From: an uncultured Chloroflexia bacterium
Lineage (GTDB): Bacteria > Chloroflexota > Anaerolineae > JAAYZQ01
Direction of reading: 5' to 3'
Length of the DNA: 64,000 bases
Assembly (NCBI GenBank): GCA_963749455.1
Contig: CAVVMX010000045.1
Location: 39,181 to 103,180 of the forward strand
A program made the translations under genes and the position numbers. Below, piece after piece: positions 10,712 to 24,841 of the stretch (position 1 is its first letter; each line of letters opens with the position of its first letter). The notes beneath the pieces were generated by a model, which was not told the origin of the DNA, did no database searches, and saw only the letters and a list, made by a program, of their open reading frames with translations.

Positions 10712-10846
10712 GGTGAGCAGACTCCCTGTTCCATTATACCACATATGCAGCCATTTTAGCCAGTCAGTATTAGACGAATGCTAGAACGCCGTTAGAGTTA
10801 CGTTAGACTCCCGGGAAAAACAGCTGGAGCCTACAGATGGAGATAT

Positions 10847-10875
10847 TTGCCAGCTTGAGGGTTCTAGGGTACAAT
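10847..10875 (+). promoter_or_regulatory. sigma-70-like promoter
   Basis: TTGCCA-N17-TACAAT, upstream of the GAGGAGG RBS and GTG at 10916. Confidence 0.35.
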
Positions 10876-10915
10876 TTCTCTTCTGATCGAGAGGCGCCAT
10901 TGAGGAGGTGGCATT

Positions 10916-11158
10916 GTGAGCTTTCTGAAACAGTCAGTTCACTACCTGGGTTTGTTCGCTGGCCTGGCGACCATCGGGGCTGCCGGGGCGGTCTTGCTCA
11001 CCTATCTGTTCACCGGCAGGCTGCCTGTGATCAAAATGGCAAGGGGATGAAAAGCCCAAGTTGCAGCTTTGTTCCCCTGACGAGATCGTAACCCTGATGC
11101 GTCAGCACACGAGCGGCGCCGAAGCAGCCGCCAAGCCGTCGGTGGAGATAGGAGAATA
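10916..11158 (+). CDS. small membrane protein, hypothetical (possible frameshift near ~11045)
   Basis: GTG 7 nt after GAGGAGG gives VSFLKQSVHYLGLFAGLATIGAAGAVLLTYLFTGRLPVIK.. A neighbouring frame continues ..GDEKPKLQLCSPDEIVTLMRQHTSGAEAAAKPSVEIGE*. Both pieces are below the ORF-track cutoff. Confidence 0.3.
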
Positions 11159-11164
11159 ACAGCC

Positions 11165-11545
11165 ATGGACAAGCGCAAGAGCAAGTCGGGTGGGGTCCTG
11201 GGTAGCCTTCTGGCCCTGCCCTTCGACTTTATCTCCGGCTACCTCGTCGGCCTGCTTGCACCCGTTGCCGCTCTGGCCGCCATCGTCGGCGGCATCTACC
11301 TCTTGACCCGCAAGGTGCCCTTCCTGAGCCATACCTGGCCTGACCGCGACGCGGAGGGAGAGCAGCATCTATCGCTCAAGCTGATGCCACCTGATCAGGC
11401 TCAGGCAGTATTTGTCCGAGAAAAGGAACGGATTAGCGCAGATCTGAACGCCATGGGTGCCGAGATCAAGGCCCTTGCCGAGCAGGCCAAGGGCCAGCCG
11501 CCAGAAGCAGGCGGCACGCGAGCTGCCATCTCTAAGGAAGACTAG
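11165..11545 (+). CDS. hypothetical membrane protein
   Basis: 126-aa ORF with a hydrophobic N-terminal half and a charged coiled C-terminus. No family recognised. Confidence 0.5.
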   Translation: MDKRKSKSGGVLGSLLALPFDFISGYLVGLLAPVAALAAIVGGIYLLTRKVPFLSHTWPDRDAEGEQHLSLKLMPPDQAQAVFVREKERISADLNAMGAEIKALAEQAKGQPPEAGGTRAAISKED

Positions 11546-11554
11546 AACCGCAGT

Positions 11555-13505
<1,951 letters not shown>

Positions 13506-13517
13506 GGTGAGTGCAGA

Positions 13518-14174
13518 ATGGTAAAACGCCTGGTTCTCGTCGCTGGCAACATCGGTACCGGCAAGACATCCCTAACCGAACGGCTGGGCGCCCGCCTGGG
13601 CTGGCGCACTAGCTTCGAGTCGGTGGCCGATAACCCCTACTTGGCCGATTTCTACGCCAATATGCGGCAGTGGTCCTTTCACTTGCAGGTCTTCTTCTTG
13701 GGCCACCGCGCCCAACAGCACCTTGCCCTGACCAACTGCCCCGAGTCGGCCATATCCGACCGCAGCATCTACGAAGACGCCTACATCTTTGCCCGCGCCC
13801 TGCATCACATGGGCAATTTGAGCGAGCGCGACTATGAGTCCTACCGCCGGGTCTTTGACCAGGTGGTGGCCGGCTTGCCCCATCCTGACCTGTTGCTCTA
13901 CCTCCAGGCGCCCGTTTCTGTGCTCATGAGGCGGATCGGCCGCCGGGGTCGGGCCATCGAAACGGGCATCACAGCCGACTATTTGGCGCTGCTCGAGACG
14001 TTCTACGAGGAGTGGCTCCAGACCTTTGACTTGTGTCCTGTGCTTACCCTCCGCAGCGACGACCTGGACTTTGTTCACAAGCCCAAGCATCTGGATATCG
14101 TGGTGCAGCGCATACAGGACAAACTGGCCGGAAAAGAGGAGTTGGTTTTTCCCGCGAACTCTGGGGCGGTCTAG
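13518..14174 (+). CDS. deoxynucleoside kinase family protein
   Basis: Intact 218 aa. P-loop GNIGTGKTSL, E..ADNPYL.DFY, DRSIYED, LLYLQAP.. as in dNK (PF01712-type) kinases. Confidence 0.85.
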   Translation: MVKRLVLVAGNIGTGKTSLTERLGARLGWRTSFESVADNPYLADFYANMRQWSFHLQVFFLGHRAQQHLALTNCPESAISDRSIYEDAYIFARALHHMGNLSERDYESYRRVFDQVVAGLPHPDLLLYLQAPVSVLMRRIGRRGRAIETGITADYLALLETFYEEWLQTFDLCPVLTLRSDDLDFVHKPKHLDIVVQRIQDKLAGKEELVFPANSGAV

Positions 14175-14440
14175 AGTCCTTCGTCCTTGCGGAGACGCAG
14201 CGATCGCCTGGATTCGCCCCGCGGCATGTCCTTTTCCTCTCTACAACTTGATAGTCTCGCGGTTTGTGATAAAACGACTGTATCCCCAGGGCATACCGGG
14301 CATAAGCACACATCCGGTTGAGGCAGTAGGTCCGTGAGAACGGAGGCTGAGAAAAAGGAGGTGAGGCGACAGGCAATAATCCAGATCGAGTTTGAGGTGA
14401 TTCATGCTTACCAGGACCCGTCAAAAGGAGGATTGAAGCA

Positions 14441-15802
14441 ATGAAACGCTATTCGTCGATCATTAGCCTGACCCTGGTTGCCGTAGTGTTGGTCACGATG
14501 GCAGCCAACTGCGGCTCAACGCCCACCCCGCAGATCGTCGAGGTCACCCGCGTGGTGGAAAAGGAAAAGGAAGTAGTAGTTACATCGACCCCGGCCCCCC
14601 TGCCCGAGGGCGCCAAGATCATTCTGCGCGTCGGCACCGGCGACAGCGGCGAGGGCCTGAACCCGCACCAGGAGATCATCGCACAGTTTGAGGCGGCCAA
14701 CCCCGACATCCTGATCCAGCTCGAGGCGGTAGCCGGCAACGATTACTATGCCCGGCTCCTGACCCAGATCGCTGCTGGCGATGCCCCTGACATCATGCAG
14801 ATCGGCGACGACGCGGTGCCGATGTTCGTGGACAAGGGCGCACTCACGCCGCTGGACTCGTTTATCAGCGGCAAGTATCCACTGGACCCGAGCATCTACT
14901 TGTCCGGCACGTTCCAGCCCGGGCAGTACAAGGGTCAGCAGTGGTGCCTGCCGAAGGACTTTTCGCCGATGGCCGTATACTATAACAAGAAGCTGTTCGA
15001 CGCGGCCGGCGTAGAGTATCCCAAGGAAGGCTGGACGTGGGATGACCTGTTGGCTACAGCTCAAAAGCTGACCGATCCGGCCAAGGGCATCTGGGGCATC
15101 CAGCTCACGGCTAACTGGACGAGCGGTTTTGAGTATTGGGTGGGCGCTGCCGGCGGCCGTCTGATCAGCGAAGATGGGACCAAGTATGTCGGCTACATGG
15201 ACTCGCCCGAGACGATCAAGGCAGTGCAGTTCTTTGCCGACCTGTACAACAAGTACAAGGTTGCGCCGCCCCCGGCCGACTTTAACCTGTGGGCGGGCGG
15301 CAATGCCGAGTTCGACAACGGCAAGGCCGCGATGCGCCTTTTCGGCCGGTGGCCGCAGGCCGGATACAAGACAAATCCGAACATCGACCTGGGCGTGGTG
15401 CCGCCGCCAGCAGGCGATCAACCGGCCGACGTGCTGTTCTGGGGTGGATTCTGTGTGTTCGGCGGGACCAAGAACGCCGAGGCGGCATGGCGGTTCCTGA
15501 GATTTTACGTTGGCGAGGAAGGCTCGCAGGTGTGGAAGAACTGGGCCATCCCGCCGGTTGCTTCAGTGGCCGAAGAAGCCGGCCTGACAACCGACCCGAT
15601 CGAAGGGGCATGGATCAAGGGCCTGGACATGCTGGTGGACCGTGCGTACGTCTTTACGCCCTACTGGGGTGAGACAGCCGACCCGGCGCTGCGCAAGGCG
15701 CTGGAGACCGTGCTGATCGATCCGAACGCCGATGTGGCGGCGACGATGCAGGCCGCTGCGCAGGAAGCCCAGGCCGCGCTGGATGAAAAGCTGAACAAAT
15801 AA
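14441..15802 (+). CDS. ABC transporter extracellular solute-binding protein (sugar type, family 1)
   Basis: Intact 453 aa with an N-terminal lipoprotein-like signal (..MAANCGSTP). Followed by two MalF/MalG-type permease genes. Confidence 0.85.
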   Translation: MKRYSSIISLTLVAVVLVTMAANCGSTPTPQIVEVTRVVEKEKEVVVTSTPAPLPEGAKIILRVGTGDSGEGLNPHQEIIAQFEAANPDILIQLEAVAGNDYYARLLTQIAAGDAPDIMQIGDDAVPMFVDKGALTPLDSFISGKYPLDPSIYLSGTFQPGQYKGQQWCLPKDFSPMAVYYNKKLFDAAGVEYPKEGWTWDDLLATAQKLTDPAKGIWGIQLTANWTSGFEYWVGAAGGRLISEDGTKYVGYMDSPETIKAVQFFADLYNKYKVAPPPADFNLWAGGNAEFDNGKAAMRLFGRWPQAGYKTNPNIDLGVVPPPAGDQPADVLFWGGFCVFGGTKNAEAAWRFLRFYVGEEGSQVWKNWAIPPVASVAEEAGLTTDPIEGAWIKGLDMLVDRAYVFTPYWGETADPALRKALETVLIDPNADVAATMQAAAQEAQAALDEKLNK

Positions 15803-15871
15803 GCGGACTAGGGCGATGTAGGGGGCCAGGGCGTCTCGCCCTGGCCCCTTGCCTACCGATAGGAGTCGGCA

Positions 15872-16816
15872 ATGACGACGATAACAACAGCACTGGGACG
15901 GGCGGCACGGCTGCGGCGACCGAGGATACAGCGGCTGCGGACCAAAGAGGCGCTCGCTTTCTATCTGTGCATTTCCCCGTGGCTGTTGGGGTTTCTGTTC
16001 TTCTACCTCGGGCCAATGCTCGCGTCGTTTGCGCTGAGCCTGACCGATTGGGACCTGTTGACCCCTCCCAACTTTGTGGGGCTGGCGAATTACGTCAGGA
16101 TCTTCACCAAGGATGCGCTGTTCCTCAAGTCGCTCAAGATCACAGGCATTTATACCTTCAGCTGCGTATCCCTAGAGCTGGTGTTTGCCCTGGGCTTCGC
16201 CCTACTGCTGAATCAGCGGATCCGGGGGATAGGGGTATTCCGCACGATCTATTACTTGCCGTCAGTGCTGGCCGGGGTGGCGTACGTGGTGATGTGGATG
16301 TGGATCTTTAACCCGCGGGCGGGACTGATCAACACGTTGTTGGGTTACGTGGGCATCCAGGGACCGCGCTGGCTGCAGGATCCGAACTGGGCTTTGCCAG
16401 CGCTGATCATCATGTCGCTATGGGGCGTGGGACGGAGCATGGTCATCTACCTGGCCGGCCTGCAGGACATCCCGACGTCGCTCTACGAGGCGGCCAAGAT
16501 CGACGGAGCGAACCGCTGGCACGAATTCTTTAAGATCACGCTGCCACTTCTGACACCCTCGATCCTGTTCAACCTGGTATTTGGCATCATTATGACCTTT
16601 CAATCGTTCACCAACGTATATGTGGCGACGAACGGCGGGCCGTTGGACTCGACGCTATTCTATGTAGTGTATCTGTACCGCAAGGCGTTCGAGCACCTGG
16701 CAATGGGTTATGCATCGGCGCTGGCGTGGATCCTGCTGCTGATCGTGCTGGTCTGCACGCTGATCATCTTGCGCAGCTCGGGACGGTGGGTGTTTTACCG
16801 GGGAGAGATGGAGTGA
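15872..16816 (+). CDS. carbohydrate ABC transporter permease (MalF/UgpA-like)
   Basis: Intact 314 aa with 6 TM and the EAA loop YEAAKIDGANRWHEFFKITLPLL. Confidence 0.85.
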   Translation: MTTITTALGRAARLRRPRIQRLRTKEALAFYLCISPWLLGFLFFYLGPMLASFALSLTDWDLLTPPNFVGLANYVRIFTKDALFLKSLKITGIYTFSCVSLELVFALGFALLLNQRIRGIGVFRTIYYLPSVLAGVAYVVMWMWIFNPRAGLINTLLGYVGIQGPRWLQDPNWALPALIIMSLWGVGRSMVIYLAGLQDIPTSLYEAAKIDGANRWHEFFKITLPLLTPSILFNLVFGIIMTFQSFTNVYVATNGGPLDSTLFYVVYLYRKAFEHLAMGYASALAWILLLIVLVCTLIILRSSGRWVFYRGEME

Positions 16817-16821
16817 GCGCC

Positions 16822-17664
16822 ATGATTCAGTCGATGAGAACCGGGGAGCGCGTTCGCCGTGTGGTCATCTGGGCACTGCTGTTGGCTGGGGCGGTCGTGT
16901 TTCTGCTGCCAATCTTCTGGGCCCTGTCGTCATCGTTCAAGCCTGACTACCAGGTGCTGGATGTGCCACCCAGGTGGCTGCCGAACCCGATCCGCTGGCA
17001 GAACTACCCGGAGGCGCTGACCTACATCCCGTTCGGGCGCTACACGCTGAACACGCTGGCGATTGCGATACTGGCTATCACCGGGAATATTGTGTCATGC
17101 ACGCTGGTGGCATACGGCTTTGCCCGGTTGCGGGCGCCGGGGAAGAACGTGCTGTTTGTGATCATGCTGGCGACGATGATGCTGGTGGACCCGGTGCGCA
17201 TCATTCCGCTGTACATCGAGTTCAACGCCCTGGATTGGATCGATACCATCAAGCCCCTGGTGGTGCCGGCGTTCTTTGGCAGCCCGTTCTACATCTTTTT
17301 GCTGCGGCAGTTCTTCATGGGCATCCCGCGCGAGCTGGAAGACGCGGCGCTGATCGATGGAGCGAGCCGCCTGCAGATCCTGTGGCGGATCATCATCCCC
17401 CTGTCCAAGCCGGCGCTGGCGGCAATCGCCATTTTCAACTTCCAGGGCGTGTGGAACGATTTTCTGCAACCGCTGATCTTCCTGCACGATCACAACAAGT
17501 TCACCATCGCGTTGGGGCTCAACTTTTTCCGTAGCTCGTACGACGTGCACTGGGGTTACTTGATGGCCGCGTCGCTGGTGGCGATGCTGCCAATGGTGAT
17601 TGTCTTTTTCCTGGCGCAGAAGCAGTTCATCGAGGGCATTTCGTTCAGCGGCATCAAGGGCTAG
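16822..17664 (+). CDS. carbohydrate ABC transporter permease (MalG/UgpE-like)
   Basis: ATG 16822 within ORF 16726..17664. EAA loop EDAALIDGASRLQILWRIIIPLSKPAL. Confidence 0.85.
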   Translation: MIQSMRTGERVRRVVIWALLLAGAVVFLLPIFWALSSSFKPDYQVLDVPPRWLPNPIRWQNYPEALTYIPFGRYTLNTLAIAILAITGNIVSCTLVAYGFARLRAPGKNVLFVIMLATMMLVDPVRIIPLYIEFNALDWIDTIKPLVVPAFFGSPFYIFLLRQFFMGIPRELEDAALIDGASRLQILWRIIIPLSKPALAAIAIFNFQGVWNDFLQPLIFLHDHNKFTIALGLNFFRSSYDVHWGYLMAASLVAMLPMVIVFFLAQKQFIEGISFSGIKG

Positions 17665-17796
17665 AGGCAACGCATCATGGCCGCGCATCGTTGGCCCGGC
17701 CTCCAGTGCCGTGATGCGCGAGCTGTCTGCTCTGCTGGTGCTGGCCTATTCGGTGCGGCTGGTGGCGCTCAAGGACCAGGCGGAACGGCCCAGATC

Positions 17797-18408
17797 CTAG
17801 GGGATCAGCGGCGCCCAGGCACTGGTCTGCAGGTCGTATGCCTCGACGGTGCCTGTGTCCAGGTGGTACACCCACCCCACCAGCGCCAGGGTCCCCGCCC
17901 GTTCCGCCTCGCGCACCGGGTCGTAGGAGCGGAGGTGCTCCAGCTGTAGCAGCACGTTTTCGCGCACGGTCGCCAGATGACATTCCTCTGCCGGCAGACC
18001 ACTGGCCTGGACCTTGGTCTTGGCCGGTCGCGCGTGCTCGATCCAGCGGGCGATGTGCGGCTCACGATCCCAATCGGCTGGGCATCGAGAGCTTTGATCC
18101 CGCCGCAGTCGGTGTGGCCACAGATGATGATCTGCTGGACGTGCAGGTGGCGGACGGCGTATTCGACGACGGCTCCCACCGCCACCTCGCCCGCTGCCGT
18201 ACGGCGGCACGATGTTCGCTATGTTGCGTGTGACGAACAGGACACCTGGCTCGGCATCGACGATCACCTCCGGCGGCACGCGCGAATCGGAGCAGCCGAT
18301 GAACAGCACCTCCGGGGCCTGTCCCTCGTCTGCCAGGCGGCGGTAAAGCTCCAGATTCTGCTCACGGCGATCCTGGAACCTGCGGACCCCTTCCATTATG
18401 TCTTGCAT
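17797..18408 (-). CDS. beta-class carbonic anhydrase (two frame breaks)
   Basis: [14 protein letters not shown]...[38 protein letters not shown], then frame 17805..18185 ..[27 protein letters not shown], then ..[20 protein letters not shown]. Beta-CA CxDxR and HxxCG signatures. Confidence 0.8.
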   Translation of the reverse strand: MQDIMEGVRRFQDRREQNLELYRRLADEGQAPEVLFIGCSDSRVPPEVIVDAEPGVLFVTRNIANIVPPYGSGRGGGGSRRRIRRPPPARPADHHLWPHRLRRDQSSRCPADWDREPHIARWIEHARPAKTKVQASGLPAEECHLATVRENVLLQLEHLRSYDPVREAERAGTLALVGWVYHLDTGTVEAYDLQTSAWAPLIP

Positions 18409-18413
18409 GGCGT

Positions 18414-19483
18414 TTACCCCTCGCGCTTGGTTCTGGCTCGGTCGAGCAAGAGCTGGCTGGCAGCATATGGATCCAGCTCGTCGCCGCGCGATCTGGTCGA
18501 TCAGCGCTGCCAGCTGCGTGCCGATCGGTGTGGGCCAACACCCGGCGCAGCGCCTCTTGCTGGATGATCGTTTCCAGCTCGGCGGCGGCCCGCTCCCGCT
18601 CGCGCCATACCAGGTTGCCGGTCTGCTCCAGGTAGGCGCGGTGGGCCACGGATGGCCTCGACCAGCCCGTCGATCCCCTCCCCACGCGTCGCCACCGTCT
18701 TGTGGATCGGCGGGCGCCACGCCGGCGTGCGCGGCGGCTCTGGCCGACCCTGCCCTTTGGTCGCAGCCACCTCCATCAGCCGGCCGTGGTGCATGACGGC
18801 CTGCGGGCCCGACGAATTCAGGTCCAGCATCATCTGCAGCACCTGGACTGCGTGGTCGGCCCCCTCGTGATCGGCCTTGTTCACGGCAAAGACGTCGGCG
18901 ATCTCCAGGATGCCGGCCTTGATCGCCTGGATGTCGTCGCCCTAGCCCCGGCACCTCGACCACGACCGTCGTGTGGGCCGTCCTGGCAATGTCCACTTCG
19001 GCCTGGCCGGCGCCGACCGTCTCGACGAAGATCAGGTCATAGCCCCCGGCGTCCAGCACCCGGACCGTATCGGCGGTGGCCCAGGCCAGCCCGCCCAGGC
19101 TTCCCCGGCTGGCCATGCTGCGGATAAAGATCCCGGGATCGCCGGCCAGGTCCCTCATCCGGATGCGGTCACCCAGGATCGCCCCGCCGGAGAAGGGGCT
19201 GGTGGGGTCTATGGCGATGATGCCCACCGTCTGCGGCGGATGGCCGGCGCTGCCTCGCCGGAAGCTGCAGCGCCAGGTCGTTGACCAGGGTGCTCTTGCC
19301 GCTGCCCGGCGGCCCGGTGACGCCGACGATGTGCGCCCGGCCGGTGTGGGGGTGGAGCGCGGCCAGGATCGCCTGGGCCTCGCCGCCGTCGTTCTCGACC
19401 AGGGTGATGGCCCGGGCGATGGCCCGCCGCTGCCCGGCCAGGACGACCGCTCGCTCGACGATCCGGCGGACGGCATGCGGCAC
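18414..19483 (-). CDS. meaB: methylmalonyl-CoA mutase-associated GTPase MeaB/ArgK (several frame breaks)
   Basis: [14 protein letters not shown]-loop [73 protein letters not shown]-terminus ..[22 protein letters not shown] with stop at 18414-18416. Confidence 0.8.
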
Positions 19484-19501
19484 AGGGAACTGCGCTCGCC
19501 G

Positions 19502-19898
19502 TCACGACACCTGCTCGCGGATGAAGTCGACGATCTCGTCGGTCGGCGTGCCGGGGCCGAACACGCCCTGGATACCCATCTCGTTCAGGGCCGGCACGTC
19601 TTCGTCGGGGATGATGCCGCCGGCCACGACCAGCACGTCGTCCAGTGCCGTTCTCGCGCAGCAGGTCCACGATCCGTGGAAAGAGGGCCATGTGCGCCCC
19701 CGACAGGATCGACAGGCCCACCACGTCCACGTCTTCCTGCAGCGCCGCTTCGGCGATCATCTCCGGCGTCTGGCGGATGCCGGTGTAGATGACCTCCATG
19801 CCGGCGTCGCGCAGCGCCCGGGCGATCACCTTCGCCCCCCGGTCGTGGCCGTCCAGGCCGGGCTTGGCGATCAACACGCGGATCTTTTTATCTGGCAT
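19502..19898 (-). CDS. methylmalonyl-CoA mutase B12-binding small subunit (one frameshift near ~19660)
   Basis: [69 protein letters not shown] (DxHxxG B12 motif), then ..[42 protein letters not shown]. Confidence 0.85.
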
Positions 19899-19948
19899 CC
19901 AGTCTCCTCCAATTGCTCGATGTCGACAACGTGGTCACGCATCACGCA

Positions 19949-21639
19949 TCAGATGATCGCCGGCTCGCGATACTCGCCAAACACCTGCCGGAATACGCCC
20001 ATGATCTCGCCCAGGGTGGCGTAGGCGCGCACGCAGTCGAGGATGTAGGGCATCGTGTTCTCCGTGCCGCGCGCCGCCTGGCGCAGCGCCTCCAGCGTCG
20101 CGCCCACCTGCTCGTTGTCCCGCTCGCGGCGGACCCGCTCCAGCCGTGCGACCTGGCGCGTCGTACCCCTGCGGGTCCATCTCCAGCAGCGGGATGCGGA
20201 CCGGCTCCTCTTCCACGTAATCGTTGACCCCGACGACCGTCCGCTGGTGGGTGTCGATCTCCATCTGGTAGCGGTAGGCCGACTTCGGCGATCTCGCGCT
20301 GCAAGAAGCCCTTTCTCGATGGCCGGGATGACGCCGCCCAGCGCCTCGATCTTGTGAAAGTAGTCGTACGCTTCCTGCTCCATGCGGTTGGTCAGCGCCT
20401 CGACGAAGTAGGAGCCGGCCAGCGGATCGACCGTGTTGGTCACGCCGCTCTCGTGGGCGATGAGCTGCTGGGTGCGCAGCGCGATCTTGACCGCGTACTC
20501 GCTGGGCAGGGCCAGCGCCTCGTCCATGCTGTTGGTGTGGAGCGACTGGGTGCCGCCCAGCACCGCCGCCAGCGCCTGCCAGGCGGTGCGCACGATGTTG
20601 TTCTCCGGCTGCTGCGCAGTCAGGCTGCAGCCGGCCGTCTGGGTGTGGAAGCGCAGCAGCCAGCTCCGCGGGCTCTTGGCGCCGAACGTCTCGCGCATCT
20701 CCCGCGCCCAGATGCGCCGCGCCGCCCGGAACTTGCAGATCTCTTCGAAAAAGTCGTTGTGCGAGTTGAAGAAGAAGGACAGCCGCGGGGCAAAGTCGTC
20801 GATCTCCAGCCCGCGCGCCGATGCCCCAGCGCACATACTCCAGGCCGTCGGCCAGGGTGAAGGCCAGCTCCTGGACCGCCGTCGCGCCCGCCTCGCGGAT
20901 GTGGTAGCCGCTGATGCTGATCGTGTTCCAGCGGGGCAGGTATTGGCTGCCGAACTCGAAGGTATCGACCACCAGGCGCATCGACGGCTTGGGCGGAAAG
21001 ATGAACTCCTTCTGGGCGATATACTCCTTCAGGATGTCGTTCTGGATGGTGCCGCCCAGCACCTCCATCGGGATGCCCCGCTTTTCGGCCATGGCGATGT
21101 ACATGGCCCAGATGACCGCCGCCGGGCTGTTGATCGTCATCGACGTGGTGATCTGGTCGACCGGGATGCCGTCGAACAGCACCTCCATGTCGGCCAGCGA
21201 CGACACGGCCACGCCGCACTTGCCGAACTCGCCCAGGGCCTCGGGGGTCGTCGCGTGTCGTAGCCGTACAGCGTGGGCATGTCAAAGGCCACCGACAGGC
21301 CGGTCTCGCCGTGCTCCAGCAGGTACTTGTAGCGGGCGTTGGTCTCTTCGGCCGTGCCAAAGCCGGCGAACATGCGCATCGTCCACAGCCGGCCGCGGTG
21401 CATGGTGGGGTGGACGCCGCGGGTGAAGGGGTACTCGCCCGGGAAGCCCAGGTCGCGCTCATAGTCCAGGCCGGCCACGTCCAGCGGCGTGTACAGCCGC
21501 TCCACCGGCGCACTGGAGGTTGTCACGAACCTGTCCGCAGGATCCGTTCCGGGCGCTCGGCCAGCGTCTTCTTGAGCGTGGTCTCTTCCCAGCGCTCCTC
21601 TTGCTCCTGCAGTAGCTTCAGCTTGTCCTGGTCAAACAT
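19949..21639 (-). CDS. methylmalonyl-CoA mutase catalytic (N-terminal) subunit (several frame breaks)
   Basis: Starts [31 protein letters not shown] (ATG 21639 after GGAGGCAACC). Continues ..[70 protein letters not shown], ..[48 protein letters not shown], ..[41 protein letters not shown]... Ends GEYREPAII*. Confidence 0.85.
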
Positions 21640-21661
21640 GGTTGCCTCCAGGGCGATCGCG

Positions 21662-22074
21662 CTAACCCGCTGCCGTATCCGGCTGTCGTGCTCCACCAGC
21701 TCCAGCAGCACGCCGTGCATGCCCTTGGGATGGACAAAAGCCACCCGCCCATGGGCCCCTTGCCGTGGAGCCCTGTCGATCAATGGCACGCCGTTGGCCT
21801 TGAGGCGCTCCAGCGCCGCCTCGATGTCGTCCACTTCCAGGCAGATGTGGTGGATGCCCTCCCCTCGGCTTTCCAGGAACCTGGCGACGCCGGTGTCGTC
21901 GGCTGTGGGCTGCACCAATTCGAGGTTGGTCTCGCCTACCGGCAGAAAGGCCACCTCGACCTTTTGCTCCGGCACCTCGACGATTTCTGCTAGCTGCAAC
22001 CCCAAGGCTTCCTGGTAGACCTTGAGCGCCTCCTGGATGTCACGCACGGCGATGCCGATGTGGTCAATTTTCAT
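21662..22074 (-). CDS. methylmalonyl-CoA epimerase (VOC/glyoxalase fold); 3' end uncertain
   Basis: ATG 22074 after [91 protein letters not shown]. As assembled the frame reads on to 21523 through the N-terminus of the MCM gene. A TAG at 21664-21662 in a neighbouring frame would give a normal ~137-aa protein. Confidence 0.8.
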
Positions 22075-22578
22075 CCTCGTTCCTCCTCGTAACCCCAATG
22101 TCGCATGCTCGAGGCGGCGCGTTGTCACAGGCAGGCAATGCTCTGCCTGGCTGGACAAGCGGCTAATAGGCTTGATCCCATTCTCGATCTGACTGAATCC
22201 GTTTCAGCTCCGGCGGCAAGGGCGATGGCAGCCGGCGTCTCCATCCAGGCAAACGGCTGCTTGACCGATGGCGTCTCTGTCAAGTGCCGGGGCTCAGGCT
22301 CTGTCGCGTTGCTTCTGGCCTCGGCTCCTGTCGCCTTCTGGAACAACGCCGTCAGCTCGGCCAGCAGGGGAAACTGAGGGTCTAGGCAATAGAACACCCG
22401 GTTGCCCTCTTCGGCGCGGACAAGCAGGCCGATCCCCTCCAGCCGATCCATCTCGCGCTGCACGGCCCGGATCGGCTGTCCGGTCTCCCGCCCAATCTCC
22501 CGCTGGTAGAAATGCCGGCCCGGATTCAGCAGGAACAGGCGCAACACCTCAATCCGCGCCGTTGACGAAAAAAGAACC

Positions 22579-24281
<1,703 letters not shown>

Positions 24282-24340
24282 CTTGCAACTCCAATTCCAC
24301 TGGCTGTGTTACGCGAGCCTGCCCGATGCTCAGCCATCGG

Positions 24341-24841
24341 TCATTCAATCTCGGCCAGCACCGCTCCTCGCTCCACGTCCTGGCCCGGCTGGACGTGGAG
24401 CACCTTGACCGACACCTGCCCGCGGCGCTTTGAGCTCGTTTTCCATCTTCATCGCTTCCAGGATACAGACGACATCCCCCGCGGCCACTGCGTCTCCCTT
24501 CGCTACCAGCATCGCGGATGATCTTGCCCGGCATGATGGCCGTCACTGCTCCCTCGCTTGCTGCCGAGGCGCTTCGGGCTGTCTTGCGGCCGTCGTCCGT
24601 GTCTGCGGCTGCTCTTGCCTGAGGAGCCTCCGCCAACCCCTCCACACCCAGGCTGTAGGTGATACCTCCGACGACCGCCTCGCCCACTCTCCACCTTGAC
24701 GTCGTAGGGGGCGCCATCCACCAGGACCTTTTCCCCATCCAGGCCGACGACGAACGGCTGGCCGTTGACCAGCATCGTGTTGCCGTCGACGACGATCTTG
24801 TATGCCACTCCATCCAGCGTCAGGGTGAACTCGCGCTTCAT
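24341..24841 (-). CDS. biotin carboxyl carrier (1.3S-type biotinyl/lipoyl domain protein; frame breaks)
   Basis: [20 protein letters not shown]...; C-terminal domain ..VTAIMPGKIIRM..GDVVCILEAMKMENEL..VLAEIE*. The EAMKM biotinylation motif was read directly from the reverse strand at ~24450-24470. ATGA overlap with the 5S gene stop. Confidence 0.75.

Noticed and set aside
21523-22074. A genuine epimerase-mutase leader fusion protein.
   Set aside because: A strong RBS plus ATG for the mutase lies inside the read-through, and an out-of-frame TAG at 21664-21662 would end a normal-length epimerase. Given the error pattern, this is more likely an indel. It is kept as a low-interest item to verify.
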